A stretch of DNA of 32,000 bases. Source: Candidatus Electrothrix sp. GW3-4 (GTDB taxonomy: Bacteria > Desulfobacterota > Desulfobulbia > Desulfobulbales > Desulfobulbaceae). Position 1 is the first letter of the stretch. Each line of letters begins with the position of its first letter. Below the pieces are notes generated by a model. That model did not search any database, was not told where the DNA came from, and was given only the letters and a program-made list of their open reading frames with translations. The translations under genes and the position numbers were made by a program. The DNA is taken from positions 360,001-392,000 of the forward strand of contig NZ_CP147990.1 of the NCBI RefSeq assembly GCF_037902255.1, given 5' to 3'. Below, one piece after another: positions 31,358-32,000 of this stretch.

Positions 31358-31756
31358 ATGAGTTCATCACTTTTTCTTGCCGTTCCTTCAAATACCCCGG
31401 GTGGTCTTGAGGCAGAAATTTCAGAGCATTTCGGCCATTGTGATCTTTTCACCCTGATCAATATTCAAGAGGGGAAAGTCACCAAAGTTGATACTGTTGC
31501 CAATGTGGAGCATGGTGCAGGAGGTTGCATGGAGCCTGTCCTTTTGTTAAAAGATCAGGGGGTGCAGGCCATTATTGTTGGCGGTATGGGGGCTCGTCCT
31601 ATGCAGGCACTTGCTGAGGTGAATATTGACGTCTATTTTGCAGAAAAAAAGAGCCTGAAAAAAGTTCAGGAAGCGGTTGATGGTATCGTCCAAGGAAATT
31701 TTCCGGTCATGCGGGCCGAGCAGACCTGCAAGGGTGCTGGTACCTGCCATCATTGA
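31358..31756 (+). CDS. NifB/NifX/NafY-family (dinitrogenase FeMo-cofactor-binding domain) protein
   Basis: The start is preceded by GGAGA. The product shows the family pattern ...ISEHFGHCDLFTLINIQEGKV...LLLKDQGVQAIIVGGMGARPMQALAEVNIDVY. Confidence 0.8.
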   Translation: MSSSLFLAVPSNTPGGLEAEISEHFGHCDLFTLINIQEGKVTKVDTVANVEHGAGGCMEPVLLLKDQGVQAIIVGGMGARPMQALAEVNIDVYFAEKKSLKKVQEAVDGIVQGNFPVMRAEQTCKGAGTCHH

Positions 31757-31790
31757 TATCCTTTTTTGGGGCTAGGGCTTAACAAACGGA

Positions 31791-31856
31791 GAAGAGGTTG
31801 CAAAGGAGTAGGAAGTACGATATTCTTTCTCCTCCTTGTAACCTCTTCCTTTTGTT
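31791..31856 (+). terminator. long imperfect hairpin plus T-tract between the NifX-like and DUF134 genes
   Basis: GAAGAGGTTGCAAAGGAGTAGGAAG (31791-31815) pairs with CTTTCTCCTCCTTGTAACCTCTTC (31825-31848), about 24 bp with one bulge and one mismatch. CTTTTGTT follows. The structure ends 7-14 nt before the next start codon. Confidence 0.5.
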
Positions 31857-31862
31857 GAGAAC

Positions 31863-32000
31863 ATGTCTCCACGTCTGAAAAAAAAACGATGCTGTGAAGG
31901 TGACTTTTGCGGTCAGGCCTTTAAACCTGTTGGGCTGCCGTTGCGCAAGCTCAACCAGATTGTTTTGTACCGCGATGAGCTGGAAGCGCTCAAACTTTGC
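31863..32000 (+). CDS. DUF134 (UPF0251) family putative DNA-binding protein, 3'-truncated by the window end
   Basis: MSPRLKKKRCCEGDFCGQAFKPVGLPLRKLNQIVLYRDELEALKLC matches the DUF134 N-terminus (basic-Cys segment, FKP.G.P, L..DE.EAL[RK]L.D). It is commonly adjacent to NifX-like genes. Confidence 0.7.
   Translation, partial: MSPRLKKKRCCEGDFCGQAFKPVGLPLRKLNQIVLYRDELEALKLC

Noticed and set aside
31123-31461. 112-aa minus-strand ORF
   Set aside because: It is composed of the tandem hairpin repeats plus the antisense of the NifX-like 5' end, with no start signals.

Overview
This is a 32-kb chromosomal segment transcribed almost entirely on the minus strand. Gene content suggests an anaerobic Desulfobacterota-type genome, but the taxon is inference only. 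The contents, left to right, are:
- A fragmentary stretch with no convincing ORF (1-900).
- A small secreted protein and a PAS sensor with a Cys-rich LPICSxCKKIRDD-type tail.
- A polyamine-related membrane operon: a small TM protein, a membrane-anchored spermidine-synthase-like gene broken by two homopolymer frameshifts, a 4xDUF350 protein and an AdoMetDC-like protein.
- An operon with a transglutaminase-like/2x rhodanese protein, a NapH-like polyferredoxin membrane protein and a Tat-exported ModA-like binding protein.
- An AT-rich islet (about 10.3-13.7 kb) carrying a three-gene toxin-antitoxin-chaperone-like operon (ART-like protein, 94-aa protein, SecB-like chaperone). An IS630-family element is inserted exactly between the chaperone stop codon and the operon terminator.
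- Two paralogous DUF4139-like secreted proteins, an N-terminally short HATPase_c_4 regulator and an SGNH hydrolase.
- A five-gene cytoplasmic cassette: trypco2, trypsin-like protease, MoxR AAA+ ATPase, vWA-like/FGE protein and a stand-alone FGE protein. This class is a computationally predicted conflict system and is untested.
- hemB, a DUF4390 / NtrY-like kinase / sigma54 response regulator operon, and a NifX-like + DUF134 pair.

A bipartite hairpin repeat occurs three times: once in the kinase-regulator spacer and twice in tandem upstream of the NifX-like gene. The two best candidates for new biology are the SecB-linked ART-like module and the MoxR/trypsin/FGE cassette. Four reading-frame breaks all sit in homopolymer runs, so assembly error versus real decay or phase variation needs read-level checking.
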